Source of the DNA: an uncultured virus (IMG/VR IMGVR_UViG_2061766007_000276)
Taxonomy: Duplodnaviria; Heunggongvirae; Uroviricota; Caudoviricetes
Length of the DNA: 64,000 nt
Direction: 5' to 3' (one strand)
IMG/VR virus record: IMGVR_UViG_2061766007_000276
Shown here: positions 41,955 through 51,867 of the stretch, piece after piece
Numbering within the stretch: the stretch's first letter is position 1
Layout: every line of letters begins with the position of its first letter
Made by a program: the position numbers and the translations under genes
Notes under the pieces: model-generated
What the model saw: the letters and a program-made list of their open reading frames with translations, nothing else
The model's database searches: none
Told to the model about the DNA's origin: nothing

Positions 41955-42272
41955 ATGAGACGTGGAAGCACATACGACGTGACCGTGAAGGTCGGGATGG
42001 ACGTAACCTCTGCCGACGTGCTGCACGTGGCGTTCAGAAACACGAAGCGCACCGTCCTCGTGAAGGAGGCCCCGGACGGAGTGGAGATGTCCGTGGAAGA
42101 CGATACGACGTCCATCAGGACGACCCTGTCCCAGGAGGACACGCTCAAGTTCAAGGAAGGCCAGCCCGTGGAGGGCCAGGTGCGTTGCCGCATCAACGAC
42201 ACCGTGTACGCCACCCCGATATTCACCGTGGCCCAAGCAGTCGACCCGATAATAGAGGACGCGGTGATCTAG
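41955..42272 (+). CDS. Small beta-rich structural protein (BppU-N-like)
   Basis: MRRGST...LSQEDTL...QVR. Confidence 0.55.
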   Translation: MRRGSTYDVTVKVGMDVTSADVLHVAFRNTKRTVLVKEAPDGVEMSVEDDTTSIRTTLSQEDTLKFKEGQPVEGQVRCRINDTVYATPIFTVAQAVDPIIEDAVI

Positions 42273-42273
42273 C

Positions 42274-42555
42274 ATGGACGACGTGAACGTGCAGCCGCTG
42301 GACCTTGTCGCGGTGGACGTCGGGTCCGATTTCGAGGATCTCGGCTACGAGCTTCGGACGGATTTCGAGGATCTCGGCTACGAGCTGCAGACGGACTTCG
42401 AGTCTTCCGGCTCAGTGTCCTACGAGACCTTGAAGGACAAGCCGAAGATCGAGGGGAGGACCCTCTCAGGAGAGAAGACTTTCGCGGAACTCGGGCTCTC
42501 GGAACTGTCCAACCTGGAGTTCCTACAGATGTACAACGACATAGTCAGGAGTTAG
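42274..42555 (+). CDS. Small acidic structural protein
   Basis: Tandem DFEDLGYEL repeat, and YETLKDKPKIEGRTLSGEKTFAELGL, a motif common in phage fibre genes. Confidence 0.6.
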   Translation: MDDVNVQPLDLVAVDVGSDFEDLGYELRTDFEDLGYELQTDFESSGSVSYETLKDKPKIEGRTLSGEKTFAELGLSELSNLEFLQMYNDIVRS

Positions 42556-42556
42556 A

Positions 42557-43234
42557 ATGACAGATCCAACGCCCACGACATACCCGTACGTCGGCGAGAA
42601 CACCTTGGCGTTCCTGCTGAGCCTCATGGCCCAGGACTTCGCCAAGAAGAGTGATGTCGCGGGCCTCACGCCGGACACGAACACGACGTACACTATAAGC
42701 CTCAGCGGGACCACGGTCACGTTGACCGGTTCGGACGGTTCCACATCGACGTTCGATATCCCGGCCCAGGTGACCGTCGATTCGTCGATAACCGAGAACG
42801 GGACCAACCCGGTGCAAGGAGGCGCCATCTACACGGCGCTGGCGGGCAAGGCGGACTCCGCGGACATCCCGACGGTGGACTCCTCGGTGGCCCAGAACGG
42901 TGCGAATCCGGTGACCGGAGGCGCCGTCTACACCGCCATCCAGAACGCCCTTGCCGGCATCACGAGCATCGATTTCCAGGTCGTCCAGTCCCTCCCCCAG
43001 AGCGGCACGAAGGGCGTCATCTACCTCGTGGCCAATTCCGGCAGCGCGCCGAACGTGTACGACGAGTACATATGGGCCGGCGCGAGCGGGAGCGAGGCCT
43101 TCGAGAAGATCGGGACGACCGACGTTGATCTAAGCGGATATTGGAGCAAGAGCGAGCTCGTCGAGATGACCAACGCCGAAGTCACCTCGGTGTGGAACAG
43201 CGTGATGAACCAGAGCCAGCAAAGCGGTGATTAG
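42557..43234 (+). CDS. Fibre-like structural protein
   Basis: Two TVDSS...NPV.GGA.YTA repeats and VQSLP..G..GVIYLV...YDEYIW...FEKIG..DVDLSGY. Confidence 0.65.
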   Translation: MTDPTPTTYPYVGENTLAFLLSLMAQDFAKKSDVAGLTPDTNTTYTISLSGTTVTLTGSDGSTSTFDIPAQVTVDSSITENGTNPVQGGAIYTALAGKADSADIPTVDSSVAQNGANPVTGGAVYTAIQNALAGITSIDFQVVQSLPQSGTKGVIYLVANSGSAPNVYDEYIWAGASGSEAFEKIGTTDVDLSGYWSKSELVEMTNAEVTSVWNSVMNQSQQSGD

Positions 43235-43236
43235 CC

Positions 43237-44061
43237 ATGGCGTTCGTAGGCGAGAACCGGCTTTCCCAGATATTCCAGTTGATCAAGGATACGTTTGCGG
43301 CCAGTGATCACCGACACACCTCCCTGGGAAGCTCCACGTCCACAGTGCTTTCCGTAGACACCACCTACTACTCGGTGGCAGAGGGCGGCGGCACGACGGC
43401 GAGCGGATATTATAGCCACGCGGAGGGCGTGGGAGGCAGCGCCACCGGGGCGCAGGCCCATTCGGAAGGGGCTTCTTGCACTGCCTCCGGGGGCCAGTCT
43501 CATGCCGAGGGCACTTCGTCCACTGCTTCCGGGACCCAATCCCATGCGGAAGGATACAACGTCACCGCCTCTGGGAGCCAGGCGCATGCGGAGGGAAGTA
43601 TGACGAACGCGTCGGGGGACCAGGCCCATACCGAGGGAAGTTCCACCAGCGCGTCCGGGGACATGGCCCACGCCGAGGGGCAAGGGACGAAGGCGTCTAG
43701 CGATGCGCAGCATGTAGAGGGAAAGTACAACGTCGAGGACGCCAATGGGACATACGCGCACATAATAGGCGGCGGTTCCGGGAACGGGGCTCGCAAGAAC
43801 ATACATACGGTAGACTGGTCCGGGAATGCCATCTATGCAGGGGACGTCACAGCTACCGAGACGATCGTAGAAAACAACGTCTCGACAACGGTGACGCATA
43901 ACCTGACCGAGAAGGCGGGCATCGCATCCCCGTCTTTCTCCGGCGTCCCCACCGCCCCCACGGCGGCGTCCGGAACGGATACGACCCAGATAGCAACTAC
44001 GGCGTTCGTCATGAACGCCATAGACGACGCTTTGGGGGATATTCTCGACGCGAATTTCTAG
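43237..44061 (+). CDS. YadA-head-like repeat fibre/adhesin
   Basis: About eight 14-aa ASGxxS/AHAEG repeats, then the fibre motif SPSFSGVPTAPTAASGTDTTQIATTAFV. Confidence 0.8.
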   Translation: MAFVGENRLSQIFQLIKDTFAASDHRHTSLGSSTSTVLSVDTTYYSVAEGGGTTASGYYSHAEGVGGSATGAQAHSEGASCTASGGQSHAEGTSSTASGTQSHAEGYNVTASGSQAHAEGSMTNASGDQAHTEGSSTSASGDMAHAEGQGTKASSDAQHVEGKYNVEDANGTYAHIIGGGSGNGARKNIHTVDWSGNAIYAGDVTATETIVENNVSTTVTHNLTEKAGIASPSFSGVPTAPTAASGTDTTQIATTAFVMNAIDDALGDILDANF

Positions 44062-44083
44062 AATACTACAGATCGGAGTTTAA

Positions 44084-45508
44084 ATGACAGGCAGCAATCG
44101 ATCTTCTCTGATCGGGTATTTATCGAGCATAGCCGATGCCATACGAGCTAAAACCGGCGTATCGGGAACCTTCAAGCTTTCCGACATGCCGGGAGCCATA
44201 ACGAATATGCAAACAGNNNNNNNNNNNNNNNNNNNNNNNNNNNNGAAGGCCATCTTCATAGACAGGACGGCCACCGGCTACGAGAACTCGGAACTGACTA
44301 CCTTAAACGACTGCACCTTCTACGGGCAAAGCGGATTCGTTTCGGTGTCGCTTCCCGAGTGTGTTAGAGTTGGTAGCTTTGCTTTTATGAACTGTGTCTC
44401 GTTAACGTCTGCATACATTCCGAAATGCGAGTATATAGGAAACAGTGCATTTTGCAGCTGTTCGACTTTAACGAGCGTGTCTTTTCCCGTATGTTCTTAC
44501 GTGGGCGGTTCAGCATTCCTGTATTGCTCGCAGTTAAATTCTGTGCATTTGCCTTCTTGCTCCGTGGTAAATGCTGGTGCGTTCTGGGGTTGCCGTGATT
44601 TGACGTCAATTTCGCTTCCCGCAACGTCTAGCATATATAATAACGCTTTTTACCAATGCAACAACTTATCGTATATATCGGCTCCGAGTGTCAACCATTT
44701 AGGAGGCTATGCTTTTTACAATTGCTCCAAGCTAGTTTCCGTATCGTTCCCTTTGTGCAGCAGCATCTCAGACAACACATTTGCTGGTTGCCAGATTTTG
44801 AGCTCCGTATATTTCCCAGAGTGCACGTATATTGGCTACTATGCGTTTTCATCGTGTTCCGCCTTAGCCGGAGTGATGTCATTTCCGAAGTGTCTCGTAG
44901 TATCTTACGCAGCATTTTCCAGCTGTTCAAACATAACTTCGGCGTATTTTCCTGCATGCACTTCTGTAGGATCTTACGCGTTTGCCCAGTGCACGAAGTT
45001 GACCTCTGCGAATTTTTCGGCTTGTCTGAGCGTTTCCAGTTCCGCGTTCTGCAGTTGCACGGCATTGGTTTCCGCATACTTTCCGAATTGCACTTACATA
45101 GGAAGCCATGCTTTCAGCGGCTGCACTGCGTTGAAGACGGTGAACATCTCGAAATGCACCTCCCTGAACTACTCCGCGTTTCACAATTGCACCCAGCTGA
45201 CCACGATATCCCTTCCTGTTTGTGGCTGGGNNNNNNNNNNNNNNNNNNCCCTGAGCTTGCCCAAATGCTCGCAGGTAGAAGCGACTTTTATCGATTACTG
45301 TACATCTTTGAGGTCCATTTACCTGATGTCCACGGCAATGGTGTCGATAGTCGGCATGGCGATATATCCTTTTACAAACACTACGCTTTGCAAGAGTAGT
45401 TATCTGGGAAATGTTTATGGATCTCTTTACGTGCCTAAGAGCTTGTTGGCAACGTATAAAGCAAACTCCGTATGGAAAGCTATTTCCTCGAGGATGGTTG
45501 GGGTATAA
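44084..45508 (+). CDS. BspA/TpLRR-type leucine-rich repeat protein
   Basis: About 14 repeats of 22 aa (IGxxAFxxCxxLxSVxFPxC), C-terminal LYVPKSLLATYK...W. More AT-rich than neighbours. Confidence 0.85.
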   Translation: MTGSNRSSLIGYLSSIADAIRAKTGVSGTFKLSDMPGAITNMQTXXXXXXXXXXKAIFIDRTATGYENSELTTLNDCTFYGQSGFVSVSLPECVRVGSFAFMNCVSLTSAYIPKCEYIGNSAFCSCSTLTSVSFPVCSYVGGSAFLYCSQLNSVHLPSCSVVNAGAFWGCRDLTSISLPATSSIYNNAFYQCNNLSYISAPSVNHLGGYAFYNCSKLVSVSFPLCSSISDNTFAGCQILSSVYFPECTYIGYYAFSSCSALAGVMSFPKCLVVSYAAFSSCSNITSAYFPACTSVGSYAFAQCTKLTSANFSACLSVSSSAFCSCTALVSAYFPNCTYIGSHAFSGCTALKTVNISKCTSLNYSAFHNCTQLTTISLPVCGWXXXXXXXLSLPKCSQVEATFIDYCTSLRSIYLMSTAMVSIVGMAIYPFTNTTLCKSSYLGNVYGSLYVPKSLLATYKANSVWKAISSRMVGV

Positions 45509-45572
45509 CGTCTTACTGAGAAATTCAAAAATGGAATTTGAAAGGAGCGAAAAAGATGAGAGGGGTAAAGTC

Positions 45573-46688
45573 ATGAAGCTTCAACTGCTAGTGCCTCATT
45601 ATAAGGAAACGCACGAGGAAATCGAGCCGCTGCTGGACTCCATCGCGATTCAGCAGAACGTCGATTTTTCCGAGGTGGGCGTGGTCATCGCCTACGACGG
45701 CCCCGAGTCGGAGGAGCTTCCCTGGGTATGGTTCGAGAAGCATTGGCCTTCCGACAATCTTGGCGAGTACAAGGAATACCCGTTCGAGATAAAGCGCGTC
45801 GAGCAGGAGGAGCACGTCGGCGTGAGCGCCACCCGCAACGCGGCATTGGACGCGGCGACGGCGGATTTCGTGATGTTCTGCGACGCCGACGACATGTTCC
45901 TGTCGGTGAACTCGCTCAACCAGCTGTTCTACATGATGGACACGCAGGACTTCGACACGCTGGTGTCGTGCTTCATGGAGGAGCAGAAAACCGCGGACAT
46001 CAAGGAACGGATGCTCAAGGAGCAGGCCAACGCCTTTGCCAATATTCCAATGATGACAGGCATTTCGCCACAGAAGGAAATGGAGCTCCCGGAGTTCATC
46101 TACATACCACACGAAATGGACTCCACTTTCGTGCACGGCAAGGTGCACCGCAGGAGCTACCTCCTGGACAAGGGGATCCGATTCGACCCCGACCTCACGG
46201 TCCACGAGGACAGCTACTTCAACATCCTCGCGCAGAACCTGGCAAATCCCGAAAGGGCACGATACTGTCCCACTCCGTTCTACTTGTGGAAATGGCGGGA
46301 CACATCAATCTGCCGGCACGACCCGGACTACATACTCAAGACGTACAACAACATGCTAGACTCCAACGACGCCCTCGTCGACGAGTTCGTTCGCAGGATG
46401 AGGGACGACCTGGCAAACTTCTATACGGCGTTCATGATCTTCGACGCCTACTACACTATGAACAAGCCCGAATGGATGGAAGTGAACCATCAGGACTACC
46501 GCGACGCCGTGGAGAAGAGGTTCGCCCGTTACTACGGGAAGCACAAGGCCCAATGGGAGAAGTTCACCCCAGCCGAGAAAGCGCAGATAAGCGCCAACGT
46601 ACGCATGCGTTCCGTCGGGGAGGGAATGCTCATGGAGTCCATCACGATCGATCAATGGCTGGAACGTGTGGAATCGATAGAGAAGTAG
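45573..46688 (+). CDS. Glycosyltransferase family 2 (GT-A)
   Basis: LLVPHY, GVSATRNAAL, FCDADD, VHGKVHRR, HEDSYFN. Confidence 0.9.
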   Translation: MKLQLLVPHYKETHEEIEPLLDSIAIQQNVDFSEVGVVIAYDGPESEELPWVWFEKHWPSDNLGEYKEYPFEIKRVEQEEHVGVSATRNAALDAATADFVMFCDADDMFLSVNSLNQLFYMMDTQDFDTLVSCFMEEQKTADIKERMLKEQANAFANIPMMTGISPQKEMELPEFIYIPHEMDSTFVHGKVHRRSYLLDKGIRFDPDLTVHEDSYFNILAQNLANPERARYCPTPFYLWKWRDTSICRHDPDYILKTYNNMLDSNDALVDEFVRRMRDDLANFYTAFMIFDAYYTMNKPEWMEVNHQDYRDAVEKRFARYYGKHKAQWEKFTPAEKAQISANVRMRSVGEGMLMESITIDQWLERVESIEK

Positions 46689-46741
46689 GAATTCAAAATG
46701 GAAGAGGAAAGGAAGGTCGAGATGACCAGTAGGAGGACGTC

Positions 46742-47041
46742 ATGGCCAATCTGAAAGAGAAGGTAGTCGAGGATCCCGAGAACGGCAAGAAGGTGCGCTT
46801 CACGGACAACTCCGCCAAGGCGGAGGCCGGGGACTTCTACCCCGAGGACCAGAAACCCAAGCCTCTTATCCTCGACCCGGCCGGGGCCCCGTACTCCGAA
46901 TGGAGGGAGCTCAACGGCTACGAGATAGGGCAGAACTTGAACACCGACCTCAATGCGATGCGGGACCACAGGGCGTGGGCCACGCAGGAGGTCCTAGGTG
47001 CATACCTGGACGCCAAGGAGACAGCCGATGCCGACTGCTAA
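46742..47041 (+). CDS. Hypothetical protein
   Basis: SD AGGAGG, 99 aa, overlaps the endolysin start. Confidence 0.6.
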   Translation: MANLKEKVVEDPENGKKVRFTDNSAKAEAGDFYPEDQKPKPLILDPAGAPYSEWRELNGYEIGQNLNTDLNAMRDHRAWATQEVLGAYLDAKETADADC

Positions 47042-48626
47042 GAAGATGCTGCAGGTAGCCGCCTCCTACATAGGCACGGAGGGCGACTACAACATATTCA
47101 ACAAATGGTACTGGGTGGACTACACCCACAAGTACTCGTCGGATCCCGGCACCGCGTGGTGCGCCTGCTTCTGCAGCTACGTGGCCATGAAGGCCGGCCT
47201 CAAATGCGACTACAGCGCCTCCGCGGCCGGGTTCGGCACCCAGTTCGAGCGCATCCCGGTCGCCAAGGAGGGCACGGTCCGGCCCGGCGACATAGTGGTG
47301 TTCAACTGGGACGGCAGGACGGATCTCGGATGGTGCGACCACGTCGGCATTGTCGAATGGTCCACCATCGCGGAGGACGACCTGTTCGGCACCATCGAGG
47401 GCAACACCGGCAACAAGGCCGAGGGCCAGGTGCTGCGCGTCACGAGACACAACGATGCCGGATATTTCACGGCGTTCTTCAGGCCCAAGTACGATTCCGC
47501 GGCACCTTCCGGCGACGTCACTCCGGCACCAGATACCTCGAAGAAGACCAAGCTCTACGGCATCGACGTGAGCTCCAACCAGCCGTCCTCCATATGCAAG
47601 GACGTGGCCAACGACTTCGCCCTCGTCAAGATGAGCGGAAACCCGATGGCCTACAGCTGGAACTACGTCAACCCGTACGCCAAGGAGCAGGCGGAAGATG
47701 CCTGGAAGAAGCATGGCCGCGTGGGCTTCTACCACTTCACGTGGGGCAAGGACGACGCCACTACCGAGGCCGACTTCTTCTGGAAGAACGTCAAGGCGCT
47801 CGGATATTCCAACAAGGCCATCCTCGCCATAGACTACGAGGCCAACGCCGTCGAGCTCGGCCGCGCATGGGTCAAGAGGTTCGCGGACAGGCTCANNNNN
47901 NNNNNNNNNNNNNNNNNNNNNNNNNNCGCGTCCGGCAGCGTCATCGTGAACCAGAAGCTGTTCGAGCTCGGATATCCCATCTGGTGCGCCAACTACTTCA
48001 AGGGCTATGAGGAGATCGACGGATACGACACGTCCGGAATGAGCATCTACTCCGGCTGCGAGAAGTCGATAATGTGGCAGTTCACCAGCCAGGGATATTT
48101 GAAGGGTTACGGCGGGCCGTTGGACATGAACGTCTTCTTCGGCAGCGACGCTGATTGGAAACGCTATGCCGGAATTTCCCCGGGGGGAGACGAAAAGGAC
48201 GAGTCCGGCAAGAAGGAAGACCCGAAACCCTCCCCGGCCCCGGACAAGAAGTCCATCGCCGCCATAGCCAAGGAGGTCATGGCTGGGNNNNNNNNNNCGG
48301 AAGAAGCGCCTGGAAGCTGCCGGATATTCCTATGACAAGGTCCAGGCCAAGGTGAACGAGTTGGTGGTCGAGAAGGTGGCCAAGGAGGTCATAGCCGGCA
48401 AGTGGGGCAACGGCAACACGAGGAAGAAGAAGCTCGAGGCCGCGGGATATTCCTACGGCAAGGTCCAGGCCAAGGTTAACGAGCTCCTGAACGCCAGGAA
48501 GTCCGTGGACGAGATCGCCCAGGAAGTCATCGCCGGCAAGTGGGGCAACGGCGAAGACCGCCGCANNNNNNNNNNNNNNNNNNNNNNNNNNNNNNNNNNN
48601 ACCGCGTCAACGAGATTCTGGGGTGA
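47028..48626 (+). CDS. Endolysin: CHAP + GH25 muramidase + three CW_7 repeats (N gaps)
   Basis: CHAP (AWCACF, DHVGIV, TIEGN), GH25 (GIDVSSNQ, GFYHF, IDYE, WQFTS, LDMN), CW_7 (IAKEVIAGKWGNG..RK..LEAAGY.Y..VQAKVNELL). Confidence 0.9.
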
Positions 48627-48631
48627 TGATT

Positions 48632-49012
48632 ATGGAACTGAAATTTACTTTCGAAGACGGCTCGGAATCGCTGATGCATTACGGAAAGGTCGGTATGCGG
48701 TGGAGGAAAGGACGGAAATCCGACTGGGAGAACAAGAACGTCGTGACAACCGTCCCGAGAAACCCCAGCGAGAGGAAAACGGCTTCGGGAGCTTCTTCCA
48801 AAACCAGCGGAAAAGGAAAGTCCTATTCCACTTTAGACAAAGCCGCAAACGTCAAGAGGAAAAGCCTTGTAAAGCAGAGGGTATCGAAGCTAAAAGGAAC
48901 GGCGGGCCTTACCAAGGGATACGCCAAGAAGGTAGATGATATAAACAGGCGCTACGAGTCGATCATCGCTCGAAGGAAGCAGCAAAAACTATACGGTCAG
49001 AAGATAACATAA
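48632..49012 (+). CDS. Basic protein with FTFEDGSESLMHYGKVGMRW leader
   Basis: Family leader; Lys/Arg-rich body. Confidence 0.7.
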   Translation: MELKFTFEDGSESLMHYGKVGMRWRKGRKSDWENKNVVTTVPRNPSERKTASGASSKTSGKGKSYSTLDKAANVKRKSLVKQRVSKLKGTAGLTKGYAKKVDDINRRYESIIARRKQQKLYGQKIT

Positions 49013-49025
49013 AAAGGGGACGTTT

Positions 49026-49388
49026 ATGAACGAATCCGATTTTTACAGACAGAAGACCCTCGTCTTCATATCGCAGCCCATGAAAGGGCTCAGCAGGGAG
49101 GGCATCGAACGTGAGCGTAAGCTCATAGAGGACGATCTGCCCGATCTTCTGAAAACGAATGAGATCGAGGTGATCCAGTCCTTGCTGGACGACAAGACCG
49201 TGCAGAAGATGCATCCCCTTTATTGTCTCGGGATGTCCCTCCAGCTGCTTTCCGCGGCAGACGTCGCCGTATTCGCAGAAGGCTGGGAGGAAGCCAGAGG
49301 ATGCCGCATAGAGCACGAATGCGCGTTGCAGTACGGGATCAAGATCATAGACCTCGGCAACGGGCAGATAGAGAACACTAGGGAATAG
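49026..49388 (+). CDS. DUF4406-like (nucleoside deoxyribosyltransferase-like fold) protein
   Basis: VFISQPMKG...ADVAVF..GWEEARGCRIEH..A..YG. Confidence 0.8.
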   Translation: MNESDFYRQKTLVFISQPMKGLSREGIERERKLIEDDLPDLLKTNEIEVIQSLLDDKTVQKMHPLYCLGMSLQLLSAADVAVFAEGWEEARGCRIEHECALQYGIKIIDLGNGQIENTRE

Positions 49389-49392
49389 GAGC

Positions 49393-49932
49393 ATGGAAAT
49401 GGCAAGCACCGACAAGAGGCAACGGGCGACGAAGCAAGAGGAACTGGGCGTCGCGTCGCCTTGGGTGACCTTCGCGCGCAAGGTATACAAGCTGTTCGAG
49501 ACGGATCCGGAGATACGGATCGAGTGGAGCGACAGGGACCTGGAACTGAAGCTGTACGTGGAGAGCCAGGAGAAGGCCGACGCCCTGTCCAAGGTCCTCC
49601 CGGCGTCGAGGAAGTTCGGCAACGTCGAGATGAAGATCACGGTGATACCGGCGAACGNNNNNNNNNNNNNNNNNNNNNNNNNNNNNNNNNNNNNNNNGTC
49701 GTTCACGGACACCGTTGGCGCCTACGGAGGCCAATTCAACTACATCGTATTCCAGCCGGAGGTCGTGCAGTTCTACAACGACGACATGTCCTCCATCTAC
49801 GGCATCGAGTCCACCATATACGAGGACATCGCGGACGAGGTGTTCTCGGAAACCGAGCATGCCGGAATATTCTTCTGCACCGACCTGGAAGACCAGAAGT
49901 TCCTCGGCAAGCCGCTCGGGGAATGGCCCTAG
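49393..49932 (+). CDS. Conserved phage hypothetical protein
   Basis: SPWVTF...EVVQFYNDD...G..STIYEDIA.EVF; one N gap. Confidence 0.65.
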   Translation: MEMASTDKRQRATKQEELGVASPWVTFARKVYKLFETDPEIRIEWSDRDLELKLYVESQEKADALSKVLPASRKFGNVEMKITVIPANXXXXXXXXXXXXXXSFTDTVGAYGGQFNYIVFQPEVVQFYNDDMSSIYGIESTIYEDIADEVFSETEHAGIFFCTDLEDQKFLGKPLGEWP

Positions 49933-50024
49933 ACGCGAAATCGGCCTAGGATCCCGGCAGGAGCGTTTCCTTTCCCGCCCGCATATCAATCGCAAACGAC
50001 CGCCGAAAGGAGGTGATGCCCGTT

Positions 50025-50333
50025 ATGAAGACCATGAGGAAACTCTACGATCAGACCATGGAGGAGCTCGACGGCGTCATCGAGTATTCCAAGTGCGCCA
50101 TGTGCTACAAGGAGATGGAGCCCGAGATATCCAAGATGTACACCGATATGGCCAAAGCCGAAATGGGGCACGCGAAGGCGCTTCACGAGATGTCGCAGAA
50201 GCTGTCCGCCTCCAAGATCGGGGAGAAGAACACCATCGACCCCAGGCTGATGGAGCTCTGGGAGGAGATGGAGGACGTCAAGCTCGACAAGATGGCCGAA
50301 GCGAAGGCAATGCTCGACTTGGCCATCGGATAG
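50025..50333 (+). CDS. Ferritin-like helical protein
   Basis: EELDGVIEY...MAKAEMGHA (ExxH); SD GGAGG. Confidence 0.55.
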   Translation: MKTMRKLYDQTMEELDGVIEYSKCAMCYKEMEPEISKMYTDMAKAEMGHAKALHEMSQKLSASKIGEKNTIDPRLMELWEEMEDVKLDKMAEAKAMLDLAIG

Positions 50334-50363
50334 GGAAGCAGAAGGAGAAAGGAGCGAGCCGAA

Positions 50364-50792
50364 ATGGCAAACTACGCGCATGCCAACCCTAACTGGCAGT
50401 ACAACCCATCCCAAACGACATGGGGGTCCCCTTACCAGTATCCCCAGCCGTCGCCCAGCCCAATGCGGCAGCTGCAACAGCCCTACATGCTGCAGACGTT
50501 CGACAACATAGTCCGCGTCTCCGGGCCGGAGGGCGCCAAGGAATTCAAAATGGGGCCGAATTCCAGGGCCGTCCTGATGGACGACTACAATCCGGTGTTC
50601 TACCTGAAGACCACGGACGACGGAGGCTTCGCCACGATGAGGACCTTCAAGTTCGAGGAGGTCTTTTCGGAGGAGCCCAAGCAGGTCCAGGCGGTGGCCG
50701 TCGATCCCGAGGTCTACGCCACCAAGGACGACGTCAAGGCCATAGAGGAATCCCTGGCCGAGGTAAAGCACATGATGGAAGGACTGATGTGA
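50364..50792 (+). CDS. Hypothetical protein with Gln/Pro-rich N-terminus
   Basis: SD AGAAAGGAG; VSGPEGAK...LMDD..PVFYLKTTD. Confidence 0.7.
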   Translation: MANYAHANPNWQYNPSQTTWGSPYQYPQPSPSPMRQLQQPYMLQTFDNIVRVSGPEGAKEFKMGPNSRAVLMDDYNPVFYLKTTDDGGFATMRTFKFEEVFSEEPKQVQAVAVDPEVYATKDDVKAIEESLAEVKHMMEGLM

Positions 50793-50793
50793 G

Positions 50794-51012
50794 ATGGCGA
50801 ACCCGATATTCGACAACCAGCCCAAGGCCGGTAACGGGAGCATCTTCGAGTTCATCAGAGGGATAAGGAATCCCAAGAAGATGTTCGACCAGATGTACGA
50901 GTCGAACCCGCAGTTCAGGGATTTCGCCAACTCCATGCGTGGGAAGACCCCGGAGCAGGCGTTCAAGGAGAACGGGTTCGATTACGACCAGTTTAAGGGT
51001 ATGATGCGTTAA
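50794..51012 (+). CDS. Hypothetical protein (72 aa)
   Basis: NPKKMFDQM...NPQF...GKTPEQ; adjacent to the previous ORF. Confidence 0.65.
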   Translation: MANPIFDNQPKAGNGSIFEFIRGIRNPKKMFDQMYESNPQFRDFANSMRGKTPEQAFKENGFDYDQFKGMMR

Positions 51013-51081
51013 TCAGCGGGAGCGCGCGGTCCGCCGGTTATATTTTAGATTGCAATCTAGACAGAGAAAGGAGACGTATCT

Positions 51082-51752
51082 ATGGCTGATATGTCACCGA
51101 CAGAGGTAATGGCGCTGACCCGCGACGGCGACGGCTGGGGCTGCGGCAACGGCGGTTGGATGNNNNNNNNNNNNNNNNNNNNNNNNNNNNNNNNNNNNNN
51201 NNNNNNNNNNNNAACGGATGGGGCAACAACGGCTTCGCCAACGCCATCGGCTACGAGAACCTGGCCACCTCGAACGAAGTCCAGCGCGGCTTCGACAACC
51301 AGAACAGCCTGGCCAACGAGCGCGAGATCCTCGCCGCCGTCAACGCCGGCACGGCTCAGTCCGTCGCCACCAGCAACCAGGTGTTCCATGACATGATGCA
51401 GTACACCGGCGACAAGTACATGGAGCTCCAACGCGACATCGCGGCCCTCGGCATCGGCCAGGCCAACCTGCTCGCCAAGGAGAACGAGTGCTGCTGCGCC
51501 CAGCTCCGCGCAATCGACGGCGTGAACTACAACATGGCCATGAACACCGCGGCCATCAACGCCAACACCACCGAGCAGACGCAGAAGATCCTGGACGCGA
51601 TCACCGGCAACCGCATCGCCGACATGCAGAACCAGATCAACCAGCTGCAGCTCGCCCAGGCGATGCAGGGCGTGGTCCGCTATCCGGACAGCTTCGCCTA
51701 CAACGCCGGAAGCAACCCGTTCTGCGGTTGCGGCTGCGGCTGCAACATCTAG
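51082..51752 (+). CDS. Gly/Asn/Gln-rich protein with CCC and terminal CGCGCGC (N gap)
   Basis: SD AGAAAGGAG. Frames 51082 and 51156 join at an N gap. Confidence 0.7.
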
Positions 51753-51867
51753 AACATCTCGGNNNNNNNNNNNNNNNNNNNNNNNNNNNNNNNNNNNNNN
51801 NNNNNNNNNNNNNNNNNNNNGGTCCGAAGGAAAGTATAAGTCACTCACGACAAGGAAGGAGATTGCA

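Larger units (their letters stand above)
1331..50553 (+). promoter_or_regulatory. Recurrent 9-mer TCAAAATGG in the late region
   Basis: Exact copies at 1331, 2957, 4220, 6417, 9474, 11662, 36588, 46693 and 50545; variant TCAAAAATGG at 45525. All were found on the + strand. Confidence 0.55.

Noticed and set aside
29998..48626. Pseudogenes or recoding suggested by fragmented ORFs (LRR fibre, Cys-rich gene, endolysin)
   Set aside because: Every frame change coincides with an N gap of estimated length. Genes end at normal stops of all three types, so there is no sign of stop-codon reassignment.
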